This document shows, piece by piece, positions 37,762 through 49,250 of a stretch of 64,000 bases of DNA. Each line of letters begins with the position of its first letter. Positions within the stretch are counted from its first letter, which is position 1. Below the pieces are notes generated by a model. That model was given only the letters and a program-made list of their open reading frames with translations, was not told where the DNA came from and made no database searches. A program made the position numbers and the translations under genes. Source of the stretch: Nannocystis sp. RBIL2 (GTDB lineage: Bacteria > Myxococcota_A > Polyangia > Nannocystales > Nannocystaceae); NCBI RefSeq assembly GCF_026626745.1, contig NZ_JAPNJW010000001.1, forward strand, positions 588,311-652,310. Reading direction: 5' to 3'.

Positions 37762-39183
37762 GTGATGGTGATGCGAGGGATCGGCATGTTCGTGTTGTTC
37801 GGCGCGGTGCTCGGTGGTTGCGGCGACGACGGCGGGCGCACCAGCGACAGCGGTTCGGCGACGCAGGCGACGACCACGACCACCAGCCCCACGACGACCA
37901 CCACCACCGGCAGCGCCACCGACGAGCCGACCACCACCGCCCCGACCGGCACCGCCGGCGAGACGATGACCGGCACCAGCGACGCGACGTCCACCACCGA
38001 CGTCGCCACCGACACCAGCACCACCACCGGCCCGGGCGTCAATCAGCCGCCGACGTGGGAGTCCGAGCCGGGCACCGAGATCGTCATCGAGGAGCTCTTC
38101 AAGAGCAACTTCGCCCCCGGCCAGATCTTCCTCGCCTCCTCGCGCACCGACGAGATCCGCGTCTACGACGGCAACAGCCTCGCGTTCATCCAGGCCTTCA
38201 CGCACCCGGTGTTCAGCGAGGTCGACTCCCCGCTCTACACCTACGGCCCCAACGGCGCCTCCTTCAATTCGCGCGGCAACCTGGTCGTCGCCGGTTACAG
38301 CAGCTTCGTCGAGTTCAGCGACTACGGCGTCGAATACGCGGTGTACCCCAAGGTCGCCAGCGAGGCGACCGAGAACGTCATCTTCGACCCGCGCGGCAAT
38401 CTCTACACCACCACCGCCACCGGCGGCACCGACAAGCTCAATCAGTACGACGCGATGGACTACGCCTTCTCGCAGCAGATCGCGCTGCCGGCCGGCGCGG
38501 GCCAGCTGACCGGCATCACCTTCGACGGCAAGGGTCGGCTCTACCTCGCCAGCCAGACCGACAACACCATCCACGTCGCCGACTTCGACGACTTCGCCCA
38601 GTTCCCGTGGATCGCCACCCTCAGCGGCGCCGGCAACCCCGGCAACTTCGAGGGCCTGCAGTTCAACGCCAACGGCGAGCTCGTCGCCGCCGCCGGCGAC
38701 CTCGTGCGCTACGACGTCGGCACCGGCCAGAAGCTCGGCACCTTCGATCAGCCCAACGACGCCTTCCCCGTGCCGCTGCGCGTCGACAACGAGGGCAACA
38801 TCTACACCGCCGACTACGAGAACGGCGGGGGCACCCTGCCCGCCGACATCTTCAAGTTCGCGCCCGACGGCCAGCCGCTCACCTCCGCCAACGATCCCGG
38901 CCTGTTCGGCCCGTTCGGCCTCGCCATCTCCGGCACCGTCCTCGCCGGCGACCCGCCCGTCGCGTGGTTCTACCAGCTCGTCGCCACCGACCCCGACGGC
39001 GACGCGCTCACCTACGCGATCGTCTCCGGCCCGCCCGACATGCTCCTCGACCCCGTCACCAACGTCCTGTCGTGGTCGGTCACCAGCGAGGACATCGGCG
39101 AGCACCCCGTCGTCCTCAGCGTCGACGACGGAAACGGCGGCGTCACCGAGCAGATGTTCACCCTGATCGTCGCCTCCGCGTGA
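37762..39183 (+). CDS. beta-propeller (NHL-like) lipoprotein with C-terminal cadherin-like domain
   Basis: Lipobox LGGCGDD and a Thr-rich linker. Repeated RGNLY / GKGRLYLA / NEGNIYTAD propeller blades are present. A C-terminal Dystroglycan-type cadherin-like motif is present (ATDPDGDALTYAIVSGP). Confidence 0.65.
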   Translation: MMVMRGIGMFVLFGAVLGGCGDDGGRTSDSGSATQATTTTTSPTTTTTTGSATDEPTTTAPTGTAGETMTGTSDATSTTDVATDTSTTTGPGVNQPPTWESEPGTEIVIEELFKSNFAPGQIFLASSRTDEIRVYDGNSLAFIQAFTHPVFSEVDSPLYTYGPNGASFNSRGNLVVAGYSSFVEFSDYGVEYAVYPKVASEATENVIFDPRGNLYTTTATGGTDKLNQYDAMDYAFSQQIALPAGAGQLTGITFDGKGRLYLASQTDNTIHVADFDDFAQFPWIATLSGAGNPGNFEGLQFNANGELVAAAGDLVRYDVGTGQKLGTFDQPNDAFPVPLRVDNEGNIYTADYENGGGTLPADIFKFAPDGQPLTSANDPGLFGPFGLAISGTVLAGDPPVAWFYQLVATDPDGDALTYAIVSGPPDMLLDPVTNVLSWSVTSEDIGEHPVVLSVDDGNGGVTEQMFTLIVASA

Positions 39184-39189
39184 GCCCGG

Positions 39190-39340
39190 CGCGCGCGATG
39201 ATCTTTCAGGACATGCACCTCGAGGCATGTCCTGAGAGACAGACAATCGGTCCGTCCTCACGGCAACGACATGCCTTCAGGACATCCCCAAGCGCCCCCT
39301 GTTCCGCCGAACACATGTCCCTAAAGACATATCACTAAAG
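39190..39340. repeat. largest palindromic intergenic repeat cluster (≥6 GGACATG modules)
   Basis: Contains CAGGACATGCAcctcgaGGCATGTCCTGAGAGACAGacaatcggtccgtcctcacggcaacGACATGCCTTCAGGACATCC...ACACATGTCCctaaaGACATAT. Confidence 0.65.
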
Positions 39341-39398
39341 CCGTTCGCAGCCCCGGAGCGCAGTCGAGCGCGCCCCCTCTTGCCCGCGGCGACCGCTC

Positions 39399-40220
39399 GT
39401 GGTCTCCTCGGCGCGCGTGACCAGCTCCTCCGATCGCACCGCCTTCGTCCACAAGTACGGCCCCTGGGCGGTCGTCGCCGGCGCCTCCGAGGGCCTCGGC
39501 GCCGCCTTCGCGCGCGGCCTCGCCGACCGCGGCCTCAACCTCCTCCTGCTCGCGCGCCGGGCTGACGCCCTCGAGGCCGTCGCCGCCCCCCTGCGCGCGC
39601 GCGTCGAGGTGCGCACCGCCGCCCTCGACCTCGCCGCCCCCGACCTCGCCGAGCAGCTCGCCCGCGTCAGCGACGGCCTCGACGTCGGCCTCTGCGTCTA
39701 CAACGCCGCGCTCTCGCGGATCGGCCCGTTCCTCGACGTCCCGCTGGCCGACAAGCTCAAGATCGTCGACGTCAATTGCCGCGGCCCGCTGATCGCCGCC
39801 CATGTGTTCGGCGAGCGCCTCGTGCAGCGCGGCCGCGGCGGCCTGCTCCTCATGTCCTCGCTCACCGCCTTCTGGGGCTCGCCGCTGGTCGCCACCTACG
39901 GCGCCACCAAGGCCTTCAACCTCTCGCTCGGCGAGGCGCTGTGGTACGAGCTCGGCCCGCGCGGCGTCGACGTCCTGGTCTGCTGCGCCGGCGCCACGCG
40001 GACCCCCGGCTTCGAGCGCTCGAGCGGCCCCGACGGCCCGCGCGCCATGACGCCCGACGCCGTCGTCGCCGAGGCCCTGCAGGCCCTGGGCGGCCCACCG
40101 AGCGCCGTCCCGGGCGGCCTCAACAAGCTGGCCGCGTTCGTCCTCGGGCGCCTATTCCCGCGCCGGCGGGCGGTCGCCCTCATGGGCTCGCAGACCGCCC
40201 GCCTCCACGCCCGGGACTGA
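39399..40220 (+). CDS. SDR family short-chain dehydrogenase/reductase
   Basis: Cofactor motif (AVVAGASEGLGAAFA) and catalytic YxxxK (YGATKAF). Confidence 0.8.
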   Translation: MVSSARVTSSSDRTAFVHKYGPWAVVAGASEGLGAAFARGLADRGLNLLLLARRADALEAVAAPLRARVEVRTAALDLAAPDLAEQLARVSDGLDVGLCVYNAALSRIGPFLDVPLADKLKIVDVNCRGPLIAAHVFGERLVQRGRGGLLLMSSLTAFWGSPLVATYGATKAFNLSLGEALWYELGPRGVDVLVCCAGATRTPGFERSSGPDGPRAMTPDAVVAEALQALGGPPSAVPGGLNKLAAFVLGRLFPRRRAVALMGSQTARLHARD

Positions 40221-40801
40221 CGCGAATCAGTACACCACGCCCCAGCCGAGCGCGTTGACGAAGTTGTTGTAGTCGGCCACGAACGCGTTCACCACCGCGG
40301 TCGGCGTGCCGTCCCCCTGCGCTCGACGGCGACCTGCGCATCACCCCGTGACGAGGCCACCGAACCTCGTCGCTACACACGCTCTCCACGCGAGCACCCG
40401 CGCCTCCGCGCGGGTTCCCCGGCCCGAGCCCCGCGCGAAGGCCTTCAGGGCTCGGCCCCGCTCCACAGCAGTGCTCGTCGCTCGCGCGCGAGCCGTCGCC
40501 GTCAAACGCGAGCTTCTCGTGCAACCGCCCGAGAGTGAGTAGACCCGCAATCGACGCGTTCACAAAGTCGCCTGGGCTCTCCTCGAAGAAAATTGCCCAT
40601 GACGCGAGCGAGACAGGGAGCCTCGCTGATTCCACGCTCATGCCAATCCTCCCTGCGAACATTGGGCGACCACCGCGACCTCGCCCTTCACGCGGCAAAG
40701 CCCGACCTGGATCATCCGTGGGCCCCTGACGAGGCTGCGATCGAGTATGGCAGCACCGACACGGGTGTAAGCCCGGGCGCATCGCCAGCGTACGGTCGGC
40801 G

Positions 40802-41314
40802 ATGCGCCTGTTCGCTCTTTGCTTGTCCCTCTTCGCTTGCCACCCCGACACAGCAGGGCCGACCCCCGCCGCGACGCCCGCCGCGCCCACGTCCGCGCCC
40901 ACGTCACCGCCCGTGTCCGCACCCGCGCCCGCGCCCGAGCCCGCCGCGCAGCCACCCGGATCGGCCGGATCGATCCCTGTCCTGCCGGAGCTGCGCGAGA
41001 CCAGCAACTCGTTCATGGAAGCCCTGCTCTCGGGCACTCTGATCGAGCAGTCCGGCTGCCTTCGCGTCAGCCCCGACGGCAAGCAGCCGGGTCACCTGCT
41101 GATCTGGCAGCCGGGTTACGGCGCGCGCCGCACGGGCGACCGCCTCGAGATCGTCGACAGCACCGGCAAGGTGGTCGCGCGCGTCGGCGAGCCGCTGCGC
41201 ACCGGCGGCGGCGAGGTCCGGCTGACCGACGCATTGCGCAAGCAGTTGAAGGCGCCGCTCGACGCCGCCTGCGTCGGTCCTTACTGGCTCATGGGCCAGC
41301 TGCAGACACCCTGA
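40802..41314 (+). CDS. small hypothetical lipoprotein (paralog A)
   Basis: Lipobox LSLFAC and a Pro/Ala-rich linker. It has a conserved 45-bp leader shared with the next gene. Confidence 0.55.
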   Translation: MRLFALCLSLFACHPDTAGPTPAATPAAPTSAPTSPPVSAPAPAPEPAAQPPGSAGSIPVLPELRETSNSFMEALLSGTLIEQSGCLRVSPDGKQPGHLLIWQPGYGARRTGDRLEIVDSTGKVVARVGEPLRTGGGEVRLTDALRKQLKAPLDAACVGPYWLMGQLQTP

Positions 41315-41354
41315 GCGGGTGTAAGCCGGGCGTGTCGCAGACGTAGGGTCGGCG

Positions 41355-41798
41355 ATGCGCCCCGCCTTCATCGCCCTGCTGCTCCTCGCGTGCCGCCCCG
41401 ACACCACGGAGCCGCCCGCGACCGCGGCCGCCCCTCCGCCGAACGCCACGCCCGAGCGCCCTGCATCGCCGCCCCCGGCGAACACAATCCAGCCCGATCG
41501 CCTGTGCGTCGTCACCACGCCGGAGCGTCACGGCTTGATGGCAGAGTTCGATTGCACCTGCGGCGAATCATTCGCCTGCAGGACCGCTCGCCGCGGTGAC
41601 ACGCTCGAGCTCGCCTTCGAGCGAATGCCCAGCCCGGCGATCTGCGACGAATGCTTCCCGAGCCGGACCCCTTGCGCGCTCGATCGACTGGCGCCCGGCG
41701 AGCACGTGCGCGTAACGCTCGACGGCCGCGAGCTCGGCGCTCTGACGGCCAAGGCGGCTGGCTGGCTGCCAGCCGGCACCTGTCTGCAGGGCAGCTGA
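41355..41798 (+). CDS. small hypothetical lipoprotein (paralog B, Cys-rich)
   Basis: Lipobox LLLAC. The same 45-bp upstream leader as the previous gene. Confidence 0.55.
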   Translation: MRPAFIALLLLACRPDTTEPPATAAAPPPNATPERPASPPPANTIQPDRLCVVTTPERHGLMAEFDCTCGESFACRTARRGDTLELAFERMPSPAICDECFPSRTPCALDRLAPGEHVRVTLDGRELGALTAKAAGWLPAGTCLQGS

Positions 41799-41839
41799 GC
41801 GCCACACTGACGGCACAGGCCCACCGTCAGCGGGTCCAA

Positions 41840-42910
41840 TTAATAGATCCCGGGCACGATCCGCCAGCGCACCCGTCGCTCGTATTGATGCCACAGCGCC
41901 CCGTACTTCGCGCGGCAGCGGCGGTCGTCGTCGATCTGCCGCGGCACCAGCAGCACCAGATAATAAAGCGGGTACAGCCACGGCCCCAGCTCGCCCGGGT
42001 GGCCGAGCGACAGCGCCAGCGCCGTCGCCATCGTGATCTCGCCCAGATAGTTGATGTGCCGCGACAGCCCCCAGAAGCCGTTCACCAGGATCTGCTTCTC
42101 GCCGTCGCTCAGCACCTCCGGCTTGATGGTGCCGAACGCCAACTTCTCGGGCTGCGTCTTGAACCAGAACTTCTGCATGTTGGCTCCGCGGGCCAGCATC
42201 CAGCCGGTGAAGAACAGCAGCGCGCACAGGCCCAGCAGCGGCGCCGGCGTGTGCGGGTTCGGCAGCGCGGCCGTCGTCCACAGCCCGACCGCGTAGAAGA
42301 ACGGGTAGAACGTCAGGCAGCCCCACCCGAGCTTGAAGCCGACGCGCTCGGCCACGAAGTCGTAGGTGTAGAGGTGGACCTCTTCGAAGTTGAGGTACTC
42401 CCACAGGAAGAACGAGAACAGCGCCACGTGCAGCAGCACCCCCGGCGACGGATCGTGCGGGTACAGCAGCAGGTGATGGGCCGCGAACGACAGCAGGTTC
42501 AGCTGCAGCATCACCGCCCCGATCAAATACAAGAACATCTTGGCGTCGATGTGGCCCTCCAGCCATTGCGGGTTGGCCAGCCGCCCGAGGTACAGGTCGG
42601 CCAAGAGCCCGCGCCGCGGCGCCGCCGGCAGCACGATCGCCAGAGTGAACAGGAGCCCCAGCCCGCACGCGGTCGCCAGCGTCTCTACCCGGTGGACGTA
42701 CAACCAGTCCCACGGCACGAGGCCGGTCGCCCCCGCCACGAAGTACAGCGCCACGGTCAGCGCCATCACCCGCACCCCGTTGAGGCGGTAGCGCAGCGGC
42801 GCGCCGGTGGCCTCGTCGCGCACGTAGCCGGTCACGCGACGGGCCGGCACGATCAGGTGGAGCACGAACACCAGCCCATACAGGGCGATCAGCGCGAACA
42901 CGGACGACAC
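41840..42910 (-). CDS. sterol reductase family protein (ERG4/ERG24 / 7-dehydrocholesterol reductase-like)
   Basis: Eight or more TM helices. C-terminal family signatures GFWGLSRHINYLGE and DDRRCRAKYGALWHQY. Confidence 0.75.
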   Translation of the reverse strand: MSSVFALIALYGLVFVLHLIVPARRVTGYVRDEATGAPLRYRLNGVRVMALTVALYFVAGATGLVPWDWLYVHRVETLATACGLGLLFTLAIVLPAAPRRGLLADLYLGRLANPQWLEGHIDAKMFLYLIGAVMLQLNLLSFAAHHLLLYPHDPSPGVLLHVALFSFFLWEYLNFEEVHLYTYDFVAERVGFKLGWGCLTFYPFFYAVGLWTTAALPNPHTPAPLLGLCALLFFTGWMLARGANMQKFWFKTQPEKLAFGTIKPEVLSDGEKQILVNGFWGLSRHINYLGEITMATALALSLGHPGELGPWLYPLYYLVLLVPRQIDDDRRCRAKYGALWHQYERRVRWRIVPGIY

Positions 42911-42990
42911 GCCCGCAGGCTACGGGCCGGGCCGGCGGCTGTAAAGCCTCGTGCGCGTGCGTGTCGCCGCGACTCGTGCCAAGCTCCGGC

Positions 42991-43497
42991 ATGCCCTGGC
43001 TCCGCGCCCCTGTCCCCGTCCTCCTCGGCCTGCTCCTCGGCGCATGTTCCAAAGGCCAGGTGGAGCCCACCGACCCCGGCGGCGGCGGCAAGGTGTGCAC
43101 CGAGATCGGCTGCATCGGCGGCCTGCGGATCGAGCTGCAGCCGAACGCCGCCTGGCCGGCAGGCGACTACACGTTCACCTTCGCGCTCGACGGCGTCCCC
43201 GTCACCTGCAAGGGCGCCCTGCCGCTCAAGGCCTGCGACGCCGGCCCCTCGCTCACCTGCGACGTCGCCGACCGCGTGCAGATCGGCGAGTCCGGCTGCG
43301 CCCTCCCGCCCGAGCAGCACGGCTTCGCGGACATCCAGATCCCGAGCAGCCCCGCGGCCGTCGAGCTGAAGATCCAGCGCGGCGAGGAGACCATCTACAG
43401 CGGCAACATCAGCCCCACCTACGTCGAGTCGCGGCCCAACGGCCCCGGGTGCGAGCCGGTCTGTCGCGGCGCCTCCGCCCAGGTCGCCATCCCGTGA
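42991..43497 (+). CDS. hypothetical lipoprotein (Cys-containing)
   Basis: Lipobox LLLGACS. 168-aa product. Confidence 0.55.
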   Translation: MPWLRAPVPVLLGLLLGACSKGQVEPTDPGGGGKVCTEIGCIGGLRIELQPNAAWPAGDYTFTFALDGVPVTCKGALPLKACDAGPSLTCDVADRVQIGESGCALPPEQHGFADIQIPSSPAAVELKIQRGEETIYSGNISPTYVESRPNGPGCEPVCRGASAQVAIP

Positions 43498-43550
43498 CCT
43501 GGCCCGAAGACCAGCTTGTCGTCGCCGCCGGCCTGCGCTAGCGTCGGGCA

Positions 43551-44825
43551 GTGGACCCGCGCCCCCTCGTCGAGGCACCCGCGCTGTCCCACCGCGCGGC
43601 CGGCCCCGAGGTGGCGGGCGACCTTTACGACAACCGCCTGATCCGCGGCGACAACCTCGCGGCCCTGCGCGCGCTGGGGCCCGAGTTCGCCGGCAAGATC
43701 CGCTGCGTCTACATCGACCCGCCGTACAACACCGGCCGCGCCTTCGCTCACTACGACGACGGCATCGAGCACGCGCGCTGGCTGGCCGACATGCGCGCGC
43801 GGCTCGCTGTCCTGCGCGACCTGCTGGCCGCCGACGGCACCCTGTTCGTCCACATCGACGACAACGAGCTCGGCTACCTGATCGTCCTGCTCGACGACAT
43901 CTTCGGCCGGGCCAACCGCGCCTCGGTCGTCACCTTCAAGCAGGGCGCGCCGACCGGCCACAAGGCGATCAACCCCGGCTGCGTCTCGACCTCCAACTTC
44001 GTCCTCGTGTACTGCAAGGACCGCGCGCGCTGGGCCCCGCAGCGGCTGTACACCGCCCGCGAGCGCGACCCGCGGTACGCCCAGTTCATCGTCGACCGCG
44101 CCGCGCCGCACGCCGAGTGGCGGCTCGTCACCCTGATGCGCGCCTTCGCCGACGCCTGCGGCCTGGGCGAGCGCGCGGCCCAGCGGCTGGCGCGGGCCGA
44201 GCCGGAGCGCCTCGACGAATTCGTGCTCGCCCACGCCGACGCCGTCGTCCGCCTCGCGCGGCCCGACTACAACGCAGTCAGCGCGGCCGCGCGGGCCATG
44301 ATCGACCGCTCGAAGGCCGAGCCCGACGTCGTCCTCCGGTTGGAGCGCGACGACCACGACGACTTCTACTTCGTCCGCGGCGAGCGGATCCTCTTCTACG
44401 CCGCCAAGCTCAAGCTCATCGACGGCCAGCGGATCGCCGGCGAGCCGCTCACCACCATCTGGGACGACCTGCTGTCCAACAACCTGCACAACGAGGGCGG
44501 CGTCGCCTTCCCCAAAGGCAAGAAGCCCGAGGCCCTGCTGCGCCGCGTGCTCGAGCTGTCGACGCGCCCGGGCGACTGGGTCCTCGACGTCTACGCCGGC
44601 TCGGGCACCACCGGCGCGGTCGCCCACAAGCTGCGGCGGCGCTGGATCCTCGTCGAGCGCGGCGAGCACTGCGACACCCTGATCGCCCCGCGCCTGCGCG
44701 CGGTCGTCGACGGGCGCGATCCCAGCGGCGTCACCGCGGCGGCCGGCTGGACCGGCGGCGGCGGCTTCCGCTACTTCCGGATCGAGGCTGACGAATCGGA
44801 CATGTCCCCGGAGCCATGTCCCTGA
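43551..44825 (+). CDS. beta-class DNA methyltransferase (N6-adenine / N4-cytosine), orphan
   Basis: Motif IV IDPPYNTG comes before motif I VLDVYAGSGTTG. No restriction endonuclease gene lies adjacent. The last ~11 codons lie inside a palindromic repeat. Confidence 0.8.
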   Translation: MDPRPLVEAPALSHRAAGPEVAGDLYDNRLIRGDNLAALRALGPEFAGKIRCVYIDPPYNTGRAFAHYDDGIEHARWLADMRARLAVLRDLLAADGTLFVHIDDNELGYLIVLLDDIFGRANRASVVTFKQGAPTGHKAINPGCVSTSNFVLVYCKDRARWAPQRLYTARERDPRYAQFIVDRAAPHAEWRLVTLMRAFADACGLGERAAQRLARAEPERLDEFVLAHADAVVRLARPDYNAVSAAARAMIDRSKAEPDVVLRLERDDHDDFYFVRGERILFYAAKLKLIDGQRIAGEPLTTIWDDLLSNNLHNEGGVAFPKGKKPEALLRRVLELSTRPGDWVLDVYAGSGTTGAVAHKLRRRWILVERGEHCDTLIAPRLRAVVDGRDPSGVTAAAGWTGGGGFRYFRIEADESDMSPEPCP

Positions 44826-44860
44826 GAACCGGTCTCAGGGGACATGTCCCTTCAGCGCGT
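44795..44860. repeat. palindromic intergenic repeat cluster (hairpin ATGTCCCTGAGAaccggTCTCAGGGGACAT)
   Basis: Sequence is CGGACATGTCCCCggagCCATGTCCCTGAGAACCGGTCTCAGGGGACATGTCCC, at the convergent ends of the MTase and lipoprotein genes. Confidence 0.65.
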
Positions 44861-45465
44861 CAGCAGGGGTCGGCCGACTGGACCCCGCCCCACTGCTCGG
44901 CGCACGGAGTGCTGTTCGGGTTGTAGCTGTCGGGGCTCCACTCGGAGCAGTCGAGCTCCGACATGCAGGCGCCGAACTCGTCGAGCGCCGCCTTGCGCGA
45001 CGCGCAGTCGCCCCAGTAGTCGTAGGTCGCGTCGAGGCACTCCTGCTGGTCGCCGTAGTAGGTCCCGCCGCACTCCTTGTAGCGGCGGCAGAACGCCTGC
45101 ATGCCGTCCTCGCCGGGCAGCACGCCGGGCCCGTCGGTCGGGGCCGGCTCGCTCGTGCTCGTGGTCTCGGCCGCGGTCGTCTCGGCCACGGTCGTGCCGG
45201 CGGTCGGCTCACCCGTGGTCGGCCCGGTCGTCTCGTCGACGCCGGTGTCCGTCGCCACGGTCGCGGCGGTGCCGTCGGTGCTGTCGGTGCCGTCGGAGTC
45301 GTCGGTGCCGTTGCTGGGGTTGGATGCGTTGGAGGCGTTGCTCGCGTTCGAACCGTTGCTCGGGTTCGTCGTCGTCGCCGCCGTCGGGTTGGTCACCGAG
45401 TCGAGCGGGTCCTTGTCGTCGGAGCAGGCCATGCTCAGGCAAGCGGCCAGAGCGATGCATGGGGG
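44860..45465 (-). CDS. cysteine-rich lipoprotein with Asn/Ser/Thr-rich linker
   Basis: Lipobox IALAACLSMAC, probably a GTG start. Repetitive NASNASNASNPSNG linker and a Cys-rich C-terminal domain. Confidence 0.55.
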   Translation of the reverse strand, partial: PPCIALAACLSMACSDDKDPLDSVTNPTAATTTNPSNGSNASNASNASNPSNGTDDSDGTDSTDGTAATVATDTGVDETTGPTTGEPTAGTTVAETTAAETTSTSEPAPTDGPGVLPGEDGMQAFCRRYKECGGTYYGDQQECLDATYDYWGDCASRKAALDEFGACMSELDCSEWSPDSYNPNSTPCAEQWGGVQSADPC

Positions 45466-45672
45466 GATGAAATCGCGGAGGGTCACGCGGCGCGGAACAT
45501 AGGGAAACGAGGCTCGAATGACCAGCCGCGCAATCGACGCGACAACCGCCGCCACCATCGCTGTCCGCGACGTGGACACAGGTCCGCCGATACGACCGGC
45601 GACGCATCGACGACCCGTACACCCCTCGCGGCCCCCCCTGGGCCCGCGCGCGAGCCCGGCGTATCCTGCGCC

Positions 45673-47760
<2,088 letters not shown>

Positions 47761-47793
47761 CCGCTGGTATCATCGCCCGCAACCAGGAGCGCC

Positions 47794-48174
47794 ATGCCCA
47801 AGGGATCTTGCCTCTGCCGCGCCGTGACCTTCGAGGTCACCGGCCCGTTGCCCCCGCCGAACGCGTGTCATTGCTCGCAGTGCCGCAAGCAGTCGGGCCA
47901 TTACTGGGCGTCGACCGACGTCGACCGCGCGGCCCTGACGATCCGCGGCGAGGACCGCCTGACCTGGTTCCGCTCCTCGGACAAGGTGCGCCGCGGCTTC
48001 TGCTCGACCTGCGGCTCGTGGCTGTTCTGGGACCCGATCTTCGCCGCGAAGATCGCCGTCGCCATGGGCGCCTTCGATGCGCCGACGCACGCCCGCCTGG
48101 CCATGCACATCCACGTGGCCGACAAGGGCGACTACTACGACATCGCCGACGACCTGCCGCAGCACCCGCATTGA
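47794..48174 (+). CDS. GFA family protein (glutathione-dependent formaldehyde-activating / CENP-V-like Zn-binding)
   Basis: Conserved Cys pattern: CLC...CHCSQC...CSTCGSWLFW. AGGAG RBS. Confidence 0.8.
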   Translation: MPKGSCLCRAVTFEVTGPLPPPNACHCSQCRKQSGHYWASTDVDRAALTIRGEDRLTWFRSSDKVRRGFCSTCGSWLFWDPIFAAKIAVAMGAFDAPTHARLAMHIHVADKGDYYDIADDLPQHPH

Positions 48175-48266
48175 CGCCGCTGCGCACCCGCGACCGCCTC
48201 GTGCGGCCCGGCCTCGATCGGCGCCGCGAGTCCGGGCGGCGGGCCCCGTGCTACGTTGACTCGCGC

Positions 48267-49199
48267 ATGCGTCGTCCGCCCCTGCTCCTCGCCCTCGCCT
48301 GCCTGCTCGCCTGCAAGACCTCCACGTCGGGCCGGGCCAAGGCTCCCGCGGCGACCGAGTCGGGCGCCTTCGGCACCCCCATCGCCGGGGCGGACGCCTC
48401 GCCGCTCGATCCGACCACCACGACGTCGGGCGCCTTCGCCAACCCCGGGGGCCCGCGGCCCGGTCGCACCGACGAGCGCGAGCGGATCGGCGACGTGCGC
48501 GCCCCCGAAAACGCCGCCCCGCTTGGGCCGCCCGGCTCCTCCAAGGACCGCCCGCTCCTCGCCTGCGGCACCACCGGCTCCTACGTCGCGGTCGCCGACG
48601 CCGAGTGCGAGGACGGCACCCGCCCGTTCGACGGCGACATCCCCAGCGGCATGAAGGCCCGCCGCGGCAACGTCGGCGCCAACAAGGACGGCCACGTCAT
48701 CGACCTGTACGAAGTGCCATGTCCCGAAGGCCCGCAGAAGATCTTCGTCGACATGTACGCCTGCGACCGCGCCCAGCCGTCGCGCTCCGAGTTCGAGCGC
48801 GACACCTACGTGCGCGACGCCTTCCTCGCCGGCGACCACGCCCGCTTCAGCGAGCGCTGCTTGGCCGAGCAGGCCCGCGGCCCCGACCGCGTGTCGCTGA
48901 TGCTGCAGAGCTGCCTGCCGGCCATGCCCACGGCCCTGCGCGAGCAGGGCAAGGTCGCCGAGGCCCACGGCTGGCTGGCCCGCTACTGCGGCGGCACCCC
49001 GCCGCCGACCGCCGAGCAGCCCAAGCGGTGGGTCTACTTCCGCAACGTGCTCGAGGCCCTCGACGCCCTGCGCGAGCAGCAGAACCGCGCCGCCAGCGAC
49101 CGCGCCTACGAGCGCAAGACGGTCGCCGCCGAGTACGCCAAGGTCTGCGACGTCGACCTCAAGGCCTACGAGCGCTGGCTCAAGGCCAACCCCGAGTGA
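48267..49199 (+). CDS. hypothetical lipoprotein
   Basis: Lipobox LLACKTS. 310-aa product. Confidence 0.6.
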   Translation: MRRPPLLLALACLLACKTSTSGRAKAPAATESGAFGTPIAGADASPLDPTTTTSGAFANPGGPRPGRTDERERIGDVRAPENAAPLGPPGSSKDRPLLACGTTGSYVAVADAECEDGTRPFDGDIPSGMKARRGNVGANKDGHVIDLYEVPCPEGPQKIFVDMYACDRAQPSRSEFERDTYVRDAFLAGDHARFSERCLAEQARGPDRVSLMLQSCLPAMPTALREQGKVAEAHGWLARYCGGTPPPTAEQPKRWVYFRNVLEALDALREQQNRAASDRAYERKTVAAEYAKVCDVDLKAYERWLKANPE

Positions 49200-49250
49200 C
49201 ATGTCGCTCGGGACATGTCACTTAGAGCATGTCCCTCCGGACATCACCAC
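49195..49250. repeat. palindromic intergenic repeat cluster
   Basis: Sequence is TGACATGTCGCTCGGGACATGTCACttagaGCATGTCCCTCCGGACATCAC, at the convergent ends of the lipoprotein gene and rpiA. Confidence 0.65.

Noticed and set aside
40180-41082. 300-aa minus-strand ORF.
   Set aside because: Low-complexity composition. It overlaps the plus-strand lipoprotein gene 40802-41314 and the conserved leader.
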